Numbered from the stretch's first letter, positions 39,860 through 54,076 are shown. The stretch: DNA of 64,000 bases from Vairimorpha necatrix (GCA_036630325.1 CP142736.1:558001-622000), one strand, 5' to 3'. A program made the numbers and translations. Notes: generated by a model from the sequence alone, not told the origin.

Positions 39860-42800
39860 TGGAGCTTTGTATATTAGGTTGGTGTCTATATACTATATAA
39901 AAAAATAACCCTTTTGCTTGTTAACTCTTTCAACGTGGCAGCTGGTGCGGAACTGAAAATGAAAGGATTAACATTCAGAATTTTTAAGGCCAAGGCAGAC
40001 TTGGAATATTTGGAGTTACAGTTCAACCCCCATAACATTATCCAAGACAAGGCGAAGATATCAATTTTCCGGCGCTTCTCCGTTTTGCTGCCCCATTTTC
40101 TTGGGGGCAGCAAAACGGAGAAAAGCAAAAATTAATAATTTTTATTTTTTTTTAAAAAAAGCCCCAAAAATGACAAAAAGAAACTTTTATAATTTTTGAC
40201 ATCCTTTGTTTTCCAGTCTTGCCTCATGTAAAGACTACATGATAGAGACTGGAATTATTAATTTGATTAGACGAAGTGGTTCTTGTGATCATGTTGTTGC
40301 AAAGCTTACAATATTATTGGAAAGGGGAAAGGAAAGTTTAGTTTATAGGTGTATGAGACAACAATGCAGGGCAAAAAAAACAGCTTTTTACCTGGCATTA
40401 AATTATCATTTGAAATTTATCTTTTTGTTGTGTTCTTGGTCCTTTGTAACAGCAATTATAGATTTATTAAATGTTTAACGTGTGTGTCAAATGACACTAT
40501 TTTAAAAATAAAGCTTAAATTGAGGGAATATATTAGAAAGAAATTGGAAACCGATTGCAAAATCGGTGGATCGGGATTATAAGTTCAAGTTGATGAAACT
40601 GTACTGTGTAGAAGAGGAACTATTAGAGTTCCATCTAGAGCAGATGATGGAATTAAATATACTGTATGGATTTTGGAGTTAATAGAAGCTGTAGATAGAA
40701 AAAAATTTTGTATAGTACAAGTTCCGGATCGAAAGATAAATACTTTAACAAAGATAATAGGAGATATAGTCTTACCGGGATCAGTTCTTATTTCGGATGG
40801 CCATTCTAGTTATCCCGGTGTAGCAGCTAATCTAAAACTCAAACACATCATTGTAAATTATTCAATAGGATTTACTAATGAAGAAGGTTTTCATACTAAT
40901 AATATTGAGAATTTTTCGTCTGGTATGAAATCTGAAATGACTAAACAGCACGGAGTAAAACGTGTGAATATCGAATCTTGGCTCGAAGAATTTACTTTTA
41001 GAAAAAAAATTTTAAATAACGTATTCAAGAATGAGGAAATGGATGTTCTAATTGATTTTGTAAAATATATTTTTTTTTATTTTTGCTGCCCCATTTTTTT
41101 AGGGCAGCAAAACGGAGAAGCACCAATTTTCCTTATGATTTTTGAGAGGGAGGCCCAAATTCTACTTACACAAATAGAAAAATCTATAAATGTAATATGA
41201 AGCAACTAAAAGGGGAATTGAAAAAAATGACAGAAAAAATACACTTTTTAAATTACTAGAAGCTAGACAAAATTTAAATGAACCAGTGAGAGAATGACTA
41301 GCAAGAGTTATAACTATTGCTTATGATTCGGGCATTAGGAAGAAATCGCCAATTAAATACTTTTAAGGACATTTTATTATAGAAGGATTTGTAACATTTA
41401 GAAGCTACTTTTTCAACCAGTATCTATTCGAGGATTACTTAAATAAGATAGAATTATTAAGGAGGAGAGAATACTTAATGCAAAATTTAAAAATAAAAAA
41501 TCCATAGGGTTAGCATTAAGCAAAAAAGAATCAACAAATATGTTCCGGAAGAGAACAAAATATGTACTTAAAAATTATAATTAACAATCTACAAACACCA
41601 TTAGGAGAAGTCAAGACAACGGTAGTATGTATTGCGGGCGATAAAATATATGCAGTAGTAGATATTAGAAGTATTTGTAATTTAATTAGTTGGAAGCTGG
41701 TAGAAGAAAAGAGATTTCTTAACAACAAAATAAAAGTGACTACTAAAACTAATATCTTTGAACAAGAAAACACTTTAACAGAGTACGTAGAAATAACTGC
41801 ACCTTATATAACATCCAAATAACGACCAACTTCAACATTATGACCAATAATCAGTTCATCTTTTGATTGAACCCCTAAATTATGTAAATTAAAAAAATTG
41901 AGACATGAGATAGGTGAACTTGAGAAGAAGGGTTGTAAAGTATTTAAAGTAAACCATCAGAAGGTTCTAATAAACAATAAGGCACAATAAATACAAAAGA
42001 AGCAACCTGAGTCAATGTTAAAAAAATAAATATATCAAATGGGGCATAAAAGGTAACTGAAAAGCAATAACAAAGCTATTAAATTCAAGTTATATAAAAA
42101 GACAACCTAGCCATGATACAATCATGCCCCCAGTAAAAACCCCCCGATGAAAATATAGAATATCTGTTACAACAGATGGTTAAATAAAATCGTAGAGGAC
42201 AATAATTACTCGGTCCCAAAAATAAATGAAACTATCGATATGACACAGAGCAAAAAGATTTTCACAGTATTAAACCTAACGGATAAAATTTTTCCAAATT
42301 AAAATTGATCCTAAGGATAAATTTAAAACATCCCTTTATTTAAGAACAATTTGTATCAAAGTACTAAAATGCCATAAGGTTTTAAGAATTTACCTGCAAT
42401 TTTTCATAAGATAATGGACAACATCTTATGCGATATCATGAAAACTAAATTAAAGGCCTATATAGACGGCATAATTGTATATGGCGATTCCGAAAAAGAG
42501 CTGATCAGAGCTTTTTTGAAGTTCTTCAATAAGTTATAGAAAAAAAATGCTTTTTAAAAGTACAAAAAAAAACTTTTGCCATCTAAGATCAACGAGTCAA
42601 CTCAAAGACCAAAAAGAGAACATCAGAGTAAGATTTTAAATTTAAAAGAACCAAAAATAAGAAACCCCTACAAAAAAACTACGATTTGCTAATTACTATA
42701 AAAAATATATCGCACGGCTAGCAACAATTTCGCGACCATTATATGATGCACTTGATGGTCTTTAAAACAAAGATTAATTTTAAAGGAATGAAGAATGTGA

Positions 42801-43520
42801 GACGCATTTTGCAACATAAAACTATAGATAAATTCTGTCATAGCAACAAACGTAACAGACTTTACAAAACTTATTGTTCTTACAATAATTACTTCTAATA
42901 ACGGAATCAAGTGCGGCCTTTAAGAATTAAAAGTTGGTGAACTTATGCTAATGATTGGGGATAAAAAACTGCCCTAAGCAAATAAAATACCTATTAACTA
43001 TGAAAAATATCTAGCAATGGCTTGGGGATATAGCACTATAAACTATATCCTTGGACTTGGTTTTAAACTAATAATTAAATACACTGCCCACACAGTTCCT
43101 AAACTAAACATATATTTTATAATATGAAACTAGAACATAGGGTAACAACTTTAAAGCTTTGGTTCCCCGATACACTACAAGAAAGGCACAAAAATCATTG
43201 AGGCTGATGTATTAAATAGAACTTATGAACCGTCAAACCGAACTAACGATTTGAAGTGCTCAAAAGATGAGCTCATCGATTCTAAAGATACATAGTTTTA
43301 TTAAGTAAATAACACAAAAACAAAGAACTTATCGCCAGTCGAAGATAGGCCAGCGCTTCCTGAGGATGCATATAAAAAGCTTACAAACTATGGTGGAAGA
43401 GATACAATGCTTCATGCTATAAAAAGAAACTATCAATGGCCCAAATAAAACGAATCAATTGTTCAATATCTTAAACGTCGTAAACCTTGTCAATGTAATC
43501 AACAAAAGACACAAGGAGAA
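39860..43520 (+). mobile_element. Old, heavily decayed Gypsy remnant
   Basis: Fragments resembling gag, protease, RT (YIDG, GFKNLPAIFH) and integrase; boundaries approximate. Confidence 0.6.
40071..41124 (+). mobile_element. Merlin transposon
   Basis: TIR gg(c/t)gcttctccgttttgctgccc; TSD aattttcc; VQVDET, SDGHSSY, HTNNIEN. Confidence 0.93.
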
Positions 43521-43528
43521 AAAAAATT

Positions 43529-44107
43529 GGTACATTGCCGTTTGGAACCCGCATTGAAAATTTGAAAAGACCCTTTATACAAAAAGAAACCAAAATTTGA
43601 AAAACATATAAGTTTTTTTATATTGAAATAATATAAAGTTCATTTAAAAAAATTGAATAATTCATAAATGACGGTTGCCTTACTTGTTTTGTTTGCTGTA
43701 TAAATGCGGCTTTTCTACTTGAGGTAATGCAATATAATATATCATCATGTTCTATTGTGGTTACTGATCAATGGAGAACATATTTTGCTGTACAGACAAA
43801 TCGCGCCGATAAGCACAGGACTATGAACCACGTCATCAATTTCGTTTACTTATACGATCTCGAGACACAATACCAAACAATAAAGAATTTGTTTTCGTTT
43901 CAAGAGATATATTTAGTAAGAATGGAATTAATAGGACAACACTCTGAGTACCTTTTATAGTTCCTTTGTCTTATAAAATACCCCCAACCGATGTATCAAT
44001 AATCATCTTTTTTTTGATTTAAAATAAATTTTAAAGTCTCTTTATATAATTTTTTTTTATATTTACTTTTTTAAATTTAAAATGCAGGTTTCAGACGGTC
44101 ATGTACC
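43529..44107 (+). mobile_element. Internally deleted Merlin remnant
   Basis: Imperfect TIRs ggtacat.(g/a)ccgt.tg; VVTDQWRTY and HRTMNH..NFV motifs. Confidence 0.65.
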
Positions 44108-44814
44108 GATTAAAGTATATTTAGAGTTTCTACAATGTATGATTTTAATATCGAATCAATATTTGATTTTGTAGTACCTTTCTTATTTAATTTAATTTAA
44201 ATTCTAACTCGTATAATTATATTTACACAGATCTATAGCTATCATTTCTTTGTTTTAATTCTTTGAAAAATTAAAAAATAATGCGAAATAAACAATAAAC
44301 GTTCATTGTGTATTGTATGGTACAAAAATAACATACATATAGTTATAACAATGGAGATTCATCAGGAATTTATTCTTAAAATATCATAGACGTACAGAAC
44401 TCAATAATTAACTAAAATATCTGTTGTAAACTAGCACAATAATTTCTTTAAATAGAATTAAGGATAAATACCGACAATATCAACTTGGTGGCAGGCATCT
44501 TTTTTCATAACATCACTTATTTTACTTTTGTTATCATGTTAAAAAACATGACTTGTCATATTTGTCCTGTTAAATTTATATCTACATTATAATCTTTTGT
44601 ATTAATAAATTTGTTTCATTGTTTATGTTTGTGTGCGAAATTGTTTAAGTTCCATTGTAAAATTGTTTAAGTTTGTTTGCAATATTGTTTGAGTTTGTTT
44701 GTAATATTGTGAAATTGTTTGAGTTTATATGTAAAATTGTTTTAGTTTGTTGATTTAAAAGTTATTTAAACAAACAAATAAAACTATAAATAAAGAAAAA
44801 AATTTAACCTTAAT

Positions 44815-46212
44815 ATGTTTTTCGTGAACTTGCTCATTGTTTTCATTAAAACAATAAGACCATTTACTGCTGTCATTGCAGAAGGAACTTGCGAACAAAT
44901 ACCCGAAGATATTTGTAAGGCTGTAGGTAGACGAGGGGTTGTAGCTAATTCTACAAATATCAATGCCATGGTAAACTTATTGAATAAAATGAACATTGAA
45001 AAGGCCTATGTATTTGGGTGGGAAGATTGCCCAGAGACCATGGTATTGTATTCTAATGGAGCTCTTGTCCCATACATCAAAGACAGAATTAGAAGTAAAT
45101 ACGCAATGTGCATAGGAGATTGTCCATGTAGACCTAAAATACTAGGCGAATCTACTAAAGAATGTTGTGCTATTAAGGAAGAGAGACCTAAATCATGTTG
45201 CGAAACAAAGAATATAGAATCCAAGACCTGTTGTAGTACAGATAAAAGGGCCGAAAGTCTATGCTCATGCAATCAGATGCTAGTCAACAAATCTGGGTTT
45301 ACAATGAAAAGCCAACCTCACGTGTCGTGTTGTAATACGCAAGAAACAACATCATTCTGTATCATTAAAGATCATGAAGGTAAAATGACAGAATCCAAAA
45401 AGTGTTTTCTAACTCAAGAATCAGCGCCCCGTCAATTTGAAAGATATAAAGGTTCATGTTGTTACATTGACAAGAGATCGTGCTGTAAAAAGACACGACC
45501 GAGAGCTTGCACCAATGATCGTAAAAATAATTGTAGATGTCATTTAAATAAAAGACCGTGCTGCAGTTATGATTATAAACAGCATTGTTTTAAAACAAAA
45601 AGATGTTGTATTGATAAAAACTCATACAATGATAATAATCATAAGCTACGCCTTTGTAATAATGAACACTACGAAGAATCTCATGGATCAAGACAAGAAA
45701 ACGAGTCTTCTTCAGACATTTATATTCAGAGCTCTGAAGAATATTGTGACGTGAAAATAGATAATTGCTTAGTACCTCCTACTATCGAACATAATGAATA
45801 TTTTCAAGAATTTTTTTATGCCGATGAAGAAAGAAAAAATAAAACGACGACAATAAAATCAAAATCTTTTGAATTTAAGACAGTCGAAGATGGAAATATT
45901 TCTTTAGCAGAAAATGAACACACATATCAACACACAAAAAAAGAAATAGTAATTGACAAATGTGATGGTAAACTGTTGAACATTCCTAGAAAATTATATG
46001 ATCCATTCCTACTCTATCAAATTACTAGTAAACTCAGTTCCAAGCATCGTATGCCCGTGTGTCTATATATCACTGACGATGATTTATTATTTGTGATGAT
46101 AAATCATAAGATGTATCACGTTGACATAACATGTAGAAAGTTAGTACTTGAAGAAGTATGTAATAAAGATAAGGAAATGCTTCAATTGCATCTCATAAGA
46201 TTTAGAAATTAA
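44815..46212 (+). CDS. Secreted Cys-rich spore wall/endospore protein, EnP1 (SWP30)-like
   Basis: Hydrophobic N-terminus; CEQIPEDICKAVGRRGVVA..GWE..LYSNGALVPY..YAMCIGD resembles the Encephalitozoon EnP1 N-terminal domain as recalled; long CC-rich basic middle; AATAAA overlaps the stop. Confidence 0.8.
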   Translation: MFFVNLLIVFIKTIRPFTAVIAEGTCEQIPEDICKAVGRRGVVANSTNINAMVNLLNKMNIEKAYVFGWEDCPETMVLYSNGALVPYIKDRIRSKYAMCIGDCPCRPKILGESTKECCAIKEERPKSCCETKNIESKTCCSTDKRAESLCSCNQMLVNKSGFTMKSQPHVSCCNTQETTSFCIIKDHEGKMTESKKCFLTQESAPRQFERYKGSCCYIDKRSCCKKTRPRACTNDRKNNCRCHLNKRPCCSYDYKQHCFKTKRCCIDKNSYNDNNHKLRLCNNEHYEESHGSRQENESSSDIYIQSSEEYCDVKIDNCLVPPTIEHNEYFQEFFYADEERKNKTTTIKSKSFEFKTVEDGNISLAENEHTYQHTKKEIVIDKCDGKLLNIPRKLYDPFLLYQITSKLSSKHRMPVCLYITDDDLLFVMINHKMYHVDITCRKLVLEEVCNKDKEMLQLHLIRFRN

Positions 46213-49200
46213 ATAAATACTTAGTGTAAAATTTTTCTTAATATACAAAAAACACTTTTCTTTAACACTTCTTTTTTTTCTAATATATTACTATTTAAAG
46301 TAATAACTTAAAACGTTTGAATTTGAATCTATAATAATGGGTCTTTGTAAAGAACTCATGTCATTTACAAGCGTGAAAGATACATTATTTATTTTTTATG
46401 AAAATCATTATTAATAGAGTTTATTTCTAATTGATATTTGCTCGAACAAACACAATAATACTAATCTACATAAAAACTTCGTTTAGCATATTTTTACTAA
46501 AATTTATCTTAATCATATTTTTTTTTCATGGCTTATATACTTATAAAATCATTTTTTTGTTGTAAAAGGTCTACGTATTACTAGACTTAAAATTTAATGA
46601 GTTTAGAAAGATTTAGAAATGATATATTTATTTTAAATCATCAAATTGTATTTTGTAATTGACAATTCGTTATGTACGCTAATATATCAATTAAATTTAA
46701 ATTTTATGTTTTAATTCGTTTTGAATGAGTTCTACGATATATTTTATGATATATTTCGTAGAGACCAGGGCATACATCATATCATGAGACTTAAAAGCAT
46801 CGGAATTAGAGTATAGTTTTTTGTACTTACAAATTGGGATATAATACATTTGGATTCATTTCACCTTTAGATCATTATTACTATAAGTCACTTCTGTGTC
46901 AGATTAACAAACTCCGATTAAACTTTCTATTTTTATACAAACCCATTTTTGTGGCTATAAAGTCAATGATGGCATTATATTTTTTATATATCTACTTCTA
47001 CTATATTACACCAATAATGTTAAATGGTTTTTTTTGTGTTTTAAAACACACCAATTTTATAACTTTATAATTATTTTGTCATTAAGATTTAATCTAGTTG
47101 AGATTCTCAAACTGATTTTTCGAAGAGCATGTATTATATTTTTATACATCTTTATTCGAATTATGTTTTTGTAAAACTTAAATCCAATATATCATAAAGA
47201 CATTTTTTGGAATTTTTTTAACATTTCCACAAAAAAAAAAAACGAAAACATATTACTCATAAAAATGTGTGTAATTAGTATAAAACAATTGAACCTAAAA
47301 CATTTAGAAGATACTTCATTATAGGTATTAGGTTGCTATGATTTAATTTTCTATTTAAGTTTTGTTTAGATGTAATTTCTACTTTTTTAGAAACCATGAT
47401 CTTTCCTTTTTAAATTCACCCAGCACAGGTAGAAGTTTAAATAAAAAACAAGAAGAAGAACGAATCAAGCTGATAGCGTTATAAAAAAAAGAATGCATGC
47501 GCTAGTGTACTTTTAAAATATTAAGAAAAAACAATAATCAAAAATTAAAACAATAATACTCATATAAAAAAAATATAAAAGTAACAAATTGAAAATTTAT
47601 CCAGGATGTTTCAAATTTTTTAAAAGGATGCAAAGGTCTTATTGAAGATGATGAAAGTCGAGTTGTACAAAGGGAATTAAAATACTAGTAACGGGGGTGT
47701 CTTACACGATTATTGATTTTATATGATGAATAATGACTACTTTATTTTTGAAAGAACTTATAATATGAGAAAATGTATAAATGTTATATGTAAATATATA
47801 TTGGAAGTCCAACATACAGTGTTTATGTTTGTCTGAACAATACAATGTAAATTGATCCTGTTTCTAAAACAAATATTTTTTAAAAATAATCGAATCAGCT
47901 CTGTATGTCTGAAAAAATTTAGATAAAAAAGATATTGCAGTAATTTTTATTTCGGAAAGATTTTTAACTCGAACCACATAAATCTGAACTCAAATAGGAA
48001 GTTTAAGCATCCTATTAAATGCCTGAAACCGTTAGGGTGTTTAGACAAACAACTATGTACATTCTGTCATTGTTTCTCACTTCTTCGTATTTCAATGTAT
48101 TGATAAGTTACACAAAAGCCAAATATCTATAATATAATTATCGCCAATATAAAAATAATCCGGAAAAAATTATAATTTATAATATAAAAATCCATAGTTC
48201 AAATTCTACTATACTGTAACATATTGACGTATAAATTAAGAAGAGCACGAAGTTTACACATTTTATATGGCGTATAATAATTTCGCATAAATGAAATTAA
48301 TTATGGTTTAAAATGAAGTATTAGATTTTTTACGATAATAAAGACCTAAAAACATTTTGGATTGGTTTTAATCTAAATGAAAATAGAATCAGATTCTACT
48401 AGTGTTTTATTAGAAATCTTAAACTCAGTTGTAAGTTCTATATATCATACATTGCGACAAAAAGATTAACGATACAATGATTTCTTTACATATTGAAACC
48501 ATATTTAGTTGTCATTGTTATAGCAAAAATAAATAAAGCTTATAGAAAACGTATGAACTGTAAAATACGTAATATGTTATTGTTCAAACACCACAGTATA
48601 TATGCAATTGAACTAGAGCTAGAAGACTGCAGCGAGACATGATACAGACAAAATACATAAAATGAATTTGGAACCCAGAGAAAATTTAGATAATAAAGTA
48701 CGGAAGAATAAATAAGCCATTATAGCTTAATTCTATAGTTTTTTGGGTCGCTTTGCCAAAAACCTAAAGCCATGAGACAATTCTCAATTGTATATTTTTT
48801 TATTTCACTAATCTAATGCAAAAATTATTTTCATATTTTTAATTTATAATCGGAATCTATTTATTTTATATTTATACGATTGTTTTTGATAAAAAATTTT
48901 CTTTATTAAATCAAGAGTTTATTTCTAAAAAATTATTGTTTTCTTTTTTTAGACATAAAAATGCATTTTGTTAATATTTTCTAAATTTTTTGTTAGAGAC
49001 AATATATCTTGAGAGACACAAAGACGTTTGACAAATTCAGAAACATAATCTTAACAAGTTTTAATTAAAGTTTTTACTAAACGGGGGCTACTTGTAAATA
49101 TTGTTAATTACAGTCAAACTAAATAGATCCACAAGAGTTCAAATAATTGAATGTTATATTTAAGTTTTTAAATAGTTTTAAAACATATATATAAATGAGA

Positions 49201-50538
49201 AACTAAATATTTTAGAAATATATGTTTTTTTATATATTCTTGCTGTAGTATCCGATCAAATATTGACGAAACATATTTTTACAAGTAGAGATTTGTTTGC
49301 CTGCATAAGCTTTAAAAACATTTTAAAAGAAGGGTTGAGATATTACACTAAAATATTTAAAATTCCTGTAACAGCTACATCGATTTTCCATGTTAATATA
49401 CAGTTGCAACTCCTCCTCTAACTAAAGTTATATGTAAATGTTTTAAAAATCACCTATCAAAAAATATATTATTTTTTCCGCCGCGGCCAAATAAAGGGCC
49501 GGCCATGATGGTATGTTGCTTTATCATTTTTTTTGGTGTTTCATCGTTTCATATATTAATTTTGTGGCTCAATGTTTATATTAAGAAAATTTAATGATTT
49601 TGTTTGTATTTATCAAAAGCTGACAAAATAGACCTGTATAATTATATATTTTTGTAGGGCTACTGTCATATCATAATGACATATCACATAAAATAAATCT
49701 GTAAAACATCTTTCACTGACCGGCAAACGTCAAAAAAAAACTTTGAAAATATATTTATAATGTAAGATACAAACAATTAGTATTCTTGTTAAACAAATAG
49801 ACATCAAAAATAAAAGAAGTGCATGTAATCATACAGAAACAAGGCCAATGAAGCTATCAGTAAGTGAAGCAATAAAAATATATTTATAAGAACATATTTA
49901 CTTTATACTCTATAAATTAAGATACAATTATACGTGATGTATTTATTTGTATTATACATCACAAACTCATCATGGAAAAGGTTTAGAATATTATAATTAT
50001 GTGTAAATCGACGTCAAATTGTCATCCATCATCATATAGATGCCAAGTTACTTATTTATTTGTTGACCCAACAAATAAACAAAACAAATGTATATTGGAC
50101 AATATAATTTTACATCTGAGAATTAGATATTAAATCATTTAATTATCAGAATTATCATGATTTAAGATAAATTGTCAGTATAAGTTGTGTTATGTATAAT
50201 ACTGCAGTATCATGTAGATTCAACTCTTTATAAAGCACCATTTAGAATTCATGTTTTTTATACAATTTTTACACAATTATAAATGTTGCTAATCTCAGAT
50301 CACAATTTTGATCAGTGAATCAGTGATTAATCAATCATTTGCTGATTTATTAAAATAATTTTTTACCCTTGTAAAATTTTATTTCATCCAATCTGATATT
50401 ATATCATTTATTAAGTATTTTTAAACAATTATAGTTTTCATATTTTATATTATAAGAATTTGTATTAAGAAATATATTTATTTCTAATATTTTCATAAAT
50501 GCTGATTAAAATCAAATATATTGATTTTTAATACACAA

Positions 50539-51785
50539 CACCAGGTTGATTCTGCCTGACGTAGACGCTATTCCCTAAGATTAACCCATGCATGTTTTTG
50601 ATATGGAAAAATGGACTGCTTAGTAATACTCACTTTATTTAATGTATTAAATTAGTATAACTGCGTTAAAGTGTAGCATAAGACATATACAGTAAGAGTG
50701 AGACCTATCAGCTAGTTGTTAAGGTAATGGCTTAACAAGGCAATGACGGGTAACGGTATTACTTTGTAATATTCCGGAGAAGGAGCCTGAGAGACGGCTA
50801 CTAAGTCTAAGGATTGCAGCAGGGGCGAAACTTGACCTATGGATTTTATCTGAGGCAGTTATGGGAAGTAATATTCTATTGTTTCATATTGTAAAAGTAT
50901 ATGAGGTGATTAATTGGAGGGCAAATCAAGTGCCAGCAGCCGCGGTAATACTTGTTCCAAGAGTGTGTATGATGATTGATGCAGTTAAAAAGTCCGTAGT
51001 TTATATTTAAGAAGCAATATGAGGTGTACTGTATAGTTGGGAGAGAGATGAAATGTGACGACCCTGACTGGACGAACAGAAGCGAAAGCTGTACACTTGT
51101 ATGTATTTTTTGAACAAGGACGTAAGCTGGAGGAGCGAAGATGATTAGATACCATTGTAGTTCCAGCAGTAAACTATGCCGACGATGTGATATGATATTA
51201 ATTGTATTAGATGATAGAAATTTGAGTTTTTTGGCTCTGGGGATAGTATGATCGCAAGATTGAAAATTAAAGAAATTGACGGAAGAATACCACAAGGAGT
51301 GGATTGTGCGGCTTAATTTGACTCAACGCGAGGTAACTTACCAATATTTTATTATTCAGAGAAGATTTTTAATCTGAGAATGATAATAGTGGTGCATGGC
51401 CGTTTTCAATGGATGCTGTGAAGTTTTGATTAATTTCAACAAGACGTGAGACCCTTTTATTAATAGACAGACACAATCAGTGTAGGAAGGAAAGGATTAA
51501 AACAGGTCCGTTATGCCCTCAGACATTTTGGGCTGCACGCGCAATACAATAGATATATAATCTTTATGGGATAATATTTTGTAAGAGATATTTGAACTTG
51601 GAATTGCTAGTAAATTTTATTAAATAAGTAGAATTGAATGTGTCCCTGTTCTTTGTACACACCGCCCGTCGCTATCTAAGATGATATGTGTTGTGAAATT
51701 AGTGAAAACTACTTGAACAATATGTATTAGATCTGATATAAGTCGTAACATGGTTGCTGTTGGAGAACCATTAGCAGGATCATAA
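50539..51785 (+). rRNA. Microsporidian SSU (16S-like) rRNA
   Basis: caccaggttgattctgcctgac start, gtgccagcagccgcggtaa, gtacacaccgcccgtc, aagtcgtaaca; reduced length of about 1.25 kb. Confidence 0.98.
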
Positions 51786-51820
51786 TAAGTTAAATTTAAA
51801 TTAATTTTAATTATTAAATT
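51786..51820 (+). other. Very short AT-rich ITS
   Basis: About 35 nt between SSU end and LSU start; limits approximate. Confidence 0.75.
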
Positions 51821-53415
51821 TACCCACACATGGGATCAATAGGATACCATAACGATGAAGGTCGTAATAGAATACGAAAGTATATTATTTACCTAATTAA
51901 TATATTTATAATGTATTGATAACCCTTTGAACTTAAGCATATCATTAAAAGGAGGAAAAGAAACTAACTAGGATTTCTTTAGTAGCAGCGAGTGAACAAG
52001 AAATAACCCTCCATTGTAATCCTTAATTGGAGTTGTAAATGGTTTATTCTATTAATTATATTTATAGAGAATATTAAATTCGTTATTAATAGAATAGAAT
52101 AATGTACTTGAGTAGAGCTGCTTGGTAGTGCAGTTTGAATAAAGGTAGAATGAAATATCTAAGGTTAAATATAATGGTATACCGATAGAAAATAAGTACT
52201 GCGAAGGAACTTGTGAAAATGTGTGGAGTTTAGCCTTATTTTTAAGGACCCGTCTTGAAACACGGACCAAGGAGATTATAATTATAGCAAGATAAAAATT
52301 AAATTTTTTAATCTTTATTAACTTGATTAGTTATAATTATAAGACCCGAAACACAGTGAACTATACATGTTCTGGTTGAAGATAAGCAACAGTTTATTGG
52401 AAGACCATAATCATTCTGACGTGCAAATCGATGATTTAAGATGTGTATAGTGGCGAAAGACCAATCGAACTGTGTGGTAGCTGGTTCACAGCGAAATGTC
52501 TCTCAGGACAGCAGTTATTATTATATAGGACATAGATGTAGGACACTGTTATAGTTTTTTTACTATGAGAAATCTTTAATTCTATGGAATTATATAAATT
52601 AAATTTATATAATGAATCTATTGTATAACTAGTGGGCACATGATTGTAAGAATGATGTGCAAAAAGGGATGAACCTTATGAAACATTAAATATTCTAAAT
52701 AGTAGATATTATACCATAAATATGATGAATACATTGAGACAGTAGGGCGGTTGTTATGGAAGTAGAAATCCGCTAAGAAACGTGTTACAACGTACCTACC
52801 GAATGTATTATTGTATAAAATGGAAGAAGATTACTACTTTTATGAGATGTTTCTAATAAATATTTAGGTAGCTGTGCAATTTGTTTGTATTGAAGTATAT
52901 ATGTGAGTATATATAGAAGAAACAAATGAGCCGATCTTGGAGGCAGTAACAATATATTTGTATAGATATAGACTAGGGTTTTCAATTATTATTGAAGTGA
53001 ATCGGTGTTATTTATAAAAACAAAAAAGATTAATAATTCTTTATTAAATTATTATAAGGTAACTTGATAATGACAGTATATTTTAATAAATTTAAGATAA
53101 ATGAATTAAATTTTATTTTAACTATGGATTGTCATGATAAGAAATAGTTAATTATATATACTTGATAAAAATAAAATAATTTTAACCGTACCTATACCGC
53201 ATCAGGTGTCTTTGTATCATAACAAATATTTTAAATTAAAGTAAGTAAGGGAATTCGGCAAATTAGATCTGTAACTTTGGGATAAAGATTGGCTCTAGCA
53301 TGCTAGAACTTTTACTATGTAAGGAATCTGACTGTTTATTAAAAACATAGCTTTTTGTATTTACAAGAAGTGAATTCTGCCCAGTGCATTTATTGTTAAA
53401 GTTGTGTAAGCGAAT

Positions 53416-53468
<53 letters not shown>

Positions 53469-53567
53469 TTAATTGGTGACGCGCATGAATGGAGCAACGA
53501 GATTCCTACTGTCCCTACTTACAATTTTGTGAAACCACGAGACAAGGGAACGGGCTTGTTATTTATC

Positions 53568-53599
<32 letters not shown>

Positions 53600-54034
53600 T
53601 TAGTATGTTTTAATAAATATTCGGTATATTGTAGAGAGGTGGGAGAAGTATTGTGAAACCACTAGTATGTTTGAATATTTATTTATTAGAATATATGGGG
53701 AGTTTGGCTGGGGCGGTACAGCTGTTAAAAAGTAACACAGCTGTCCTAAGGTAGATGAATGATGGATGGTAACCATCAGTTTATTATAAGGGAATAAATC
53801 TGCTTTACTTTATGCATATGACTGTATTTAGTAGGGAAACCTTGGCCTAGCGATCCCAATTACATTCATTATGTATTGGGTGATTGAAAAGTTACCACAG
53901 GGATAACTGGCTTGTAGCAGGCAAGCGATCATAGCGACTCTGCTTTTTGATTCTTCGATGTCGTCTCTTCTGATCATCGTAGTGTATATGTTACGAAGTG
54001 TTGGATTGTTCACCCGGTAATGAGGAACGTGAGA

Positions 54035-54076
<42 letters not shown>

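Noticed and set aside
53435-53460. R2 insertion at the canonical ttaagg/tagccaaa site
   Set aside because: The site is intact; the LINE is APE-type and outside the LSU.
53955-54040. Non-canonical bases near the peptidyl-transferase centre suggesting a pseudogene
   Set aside because: cgTctc and gagAtg form a compensatory pair, so the helix is preserved.
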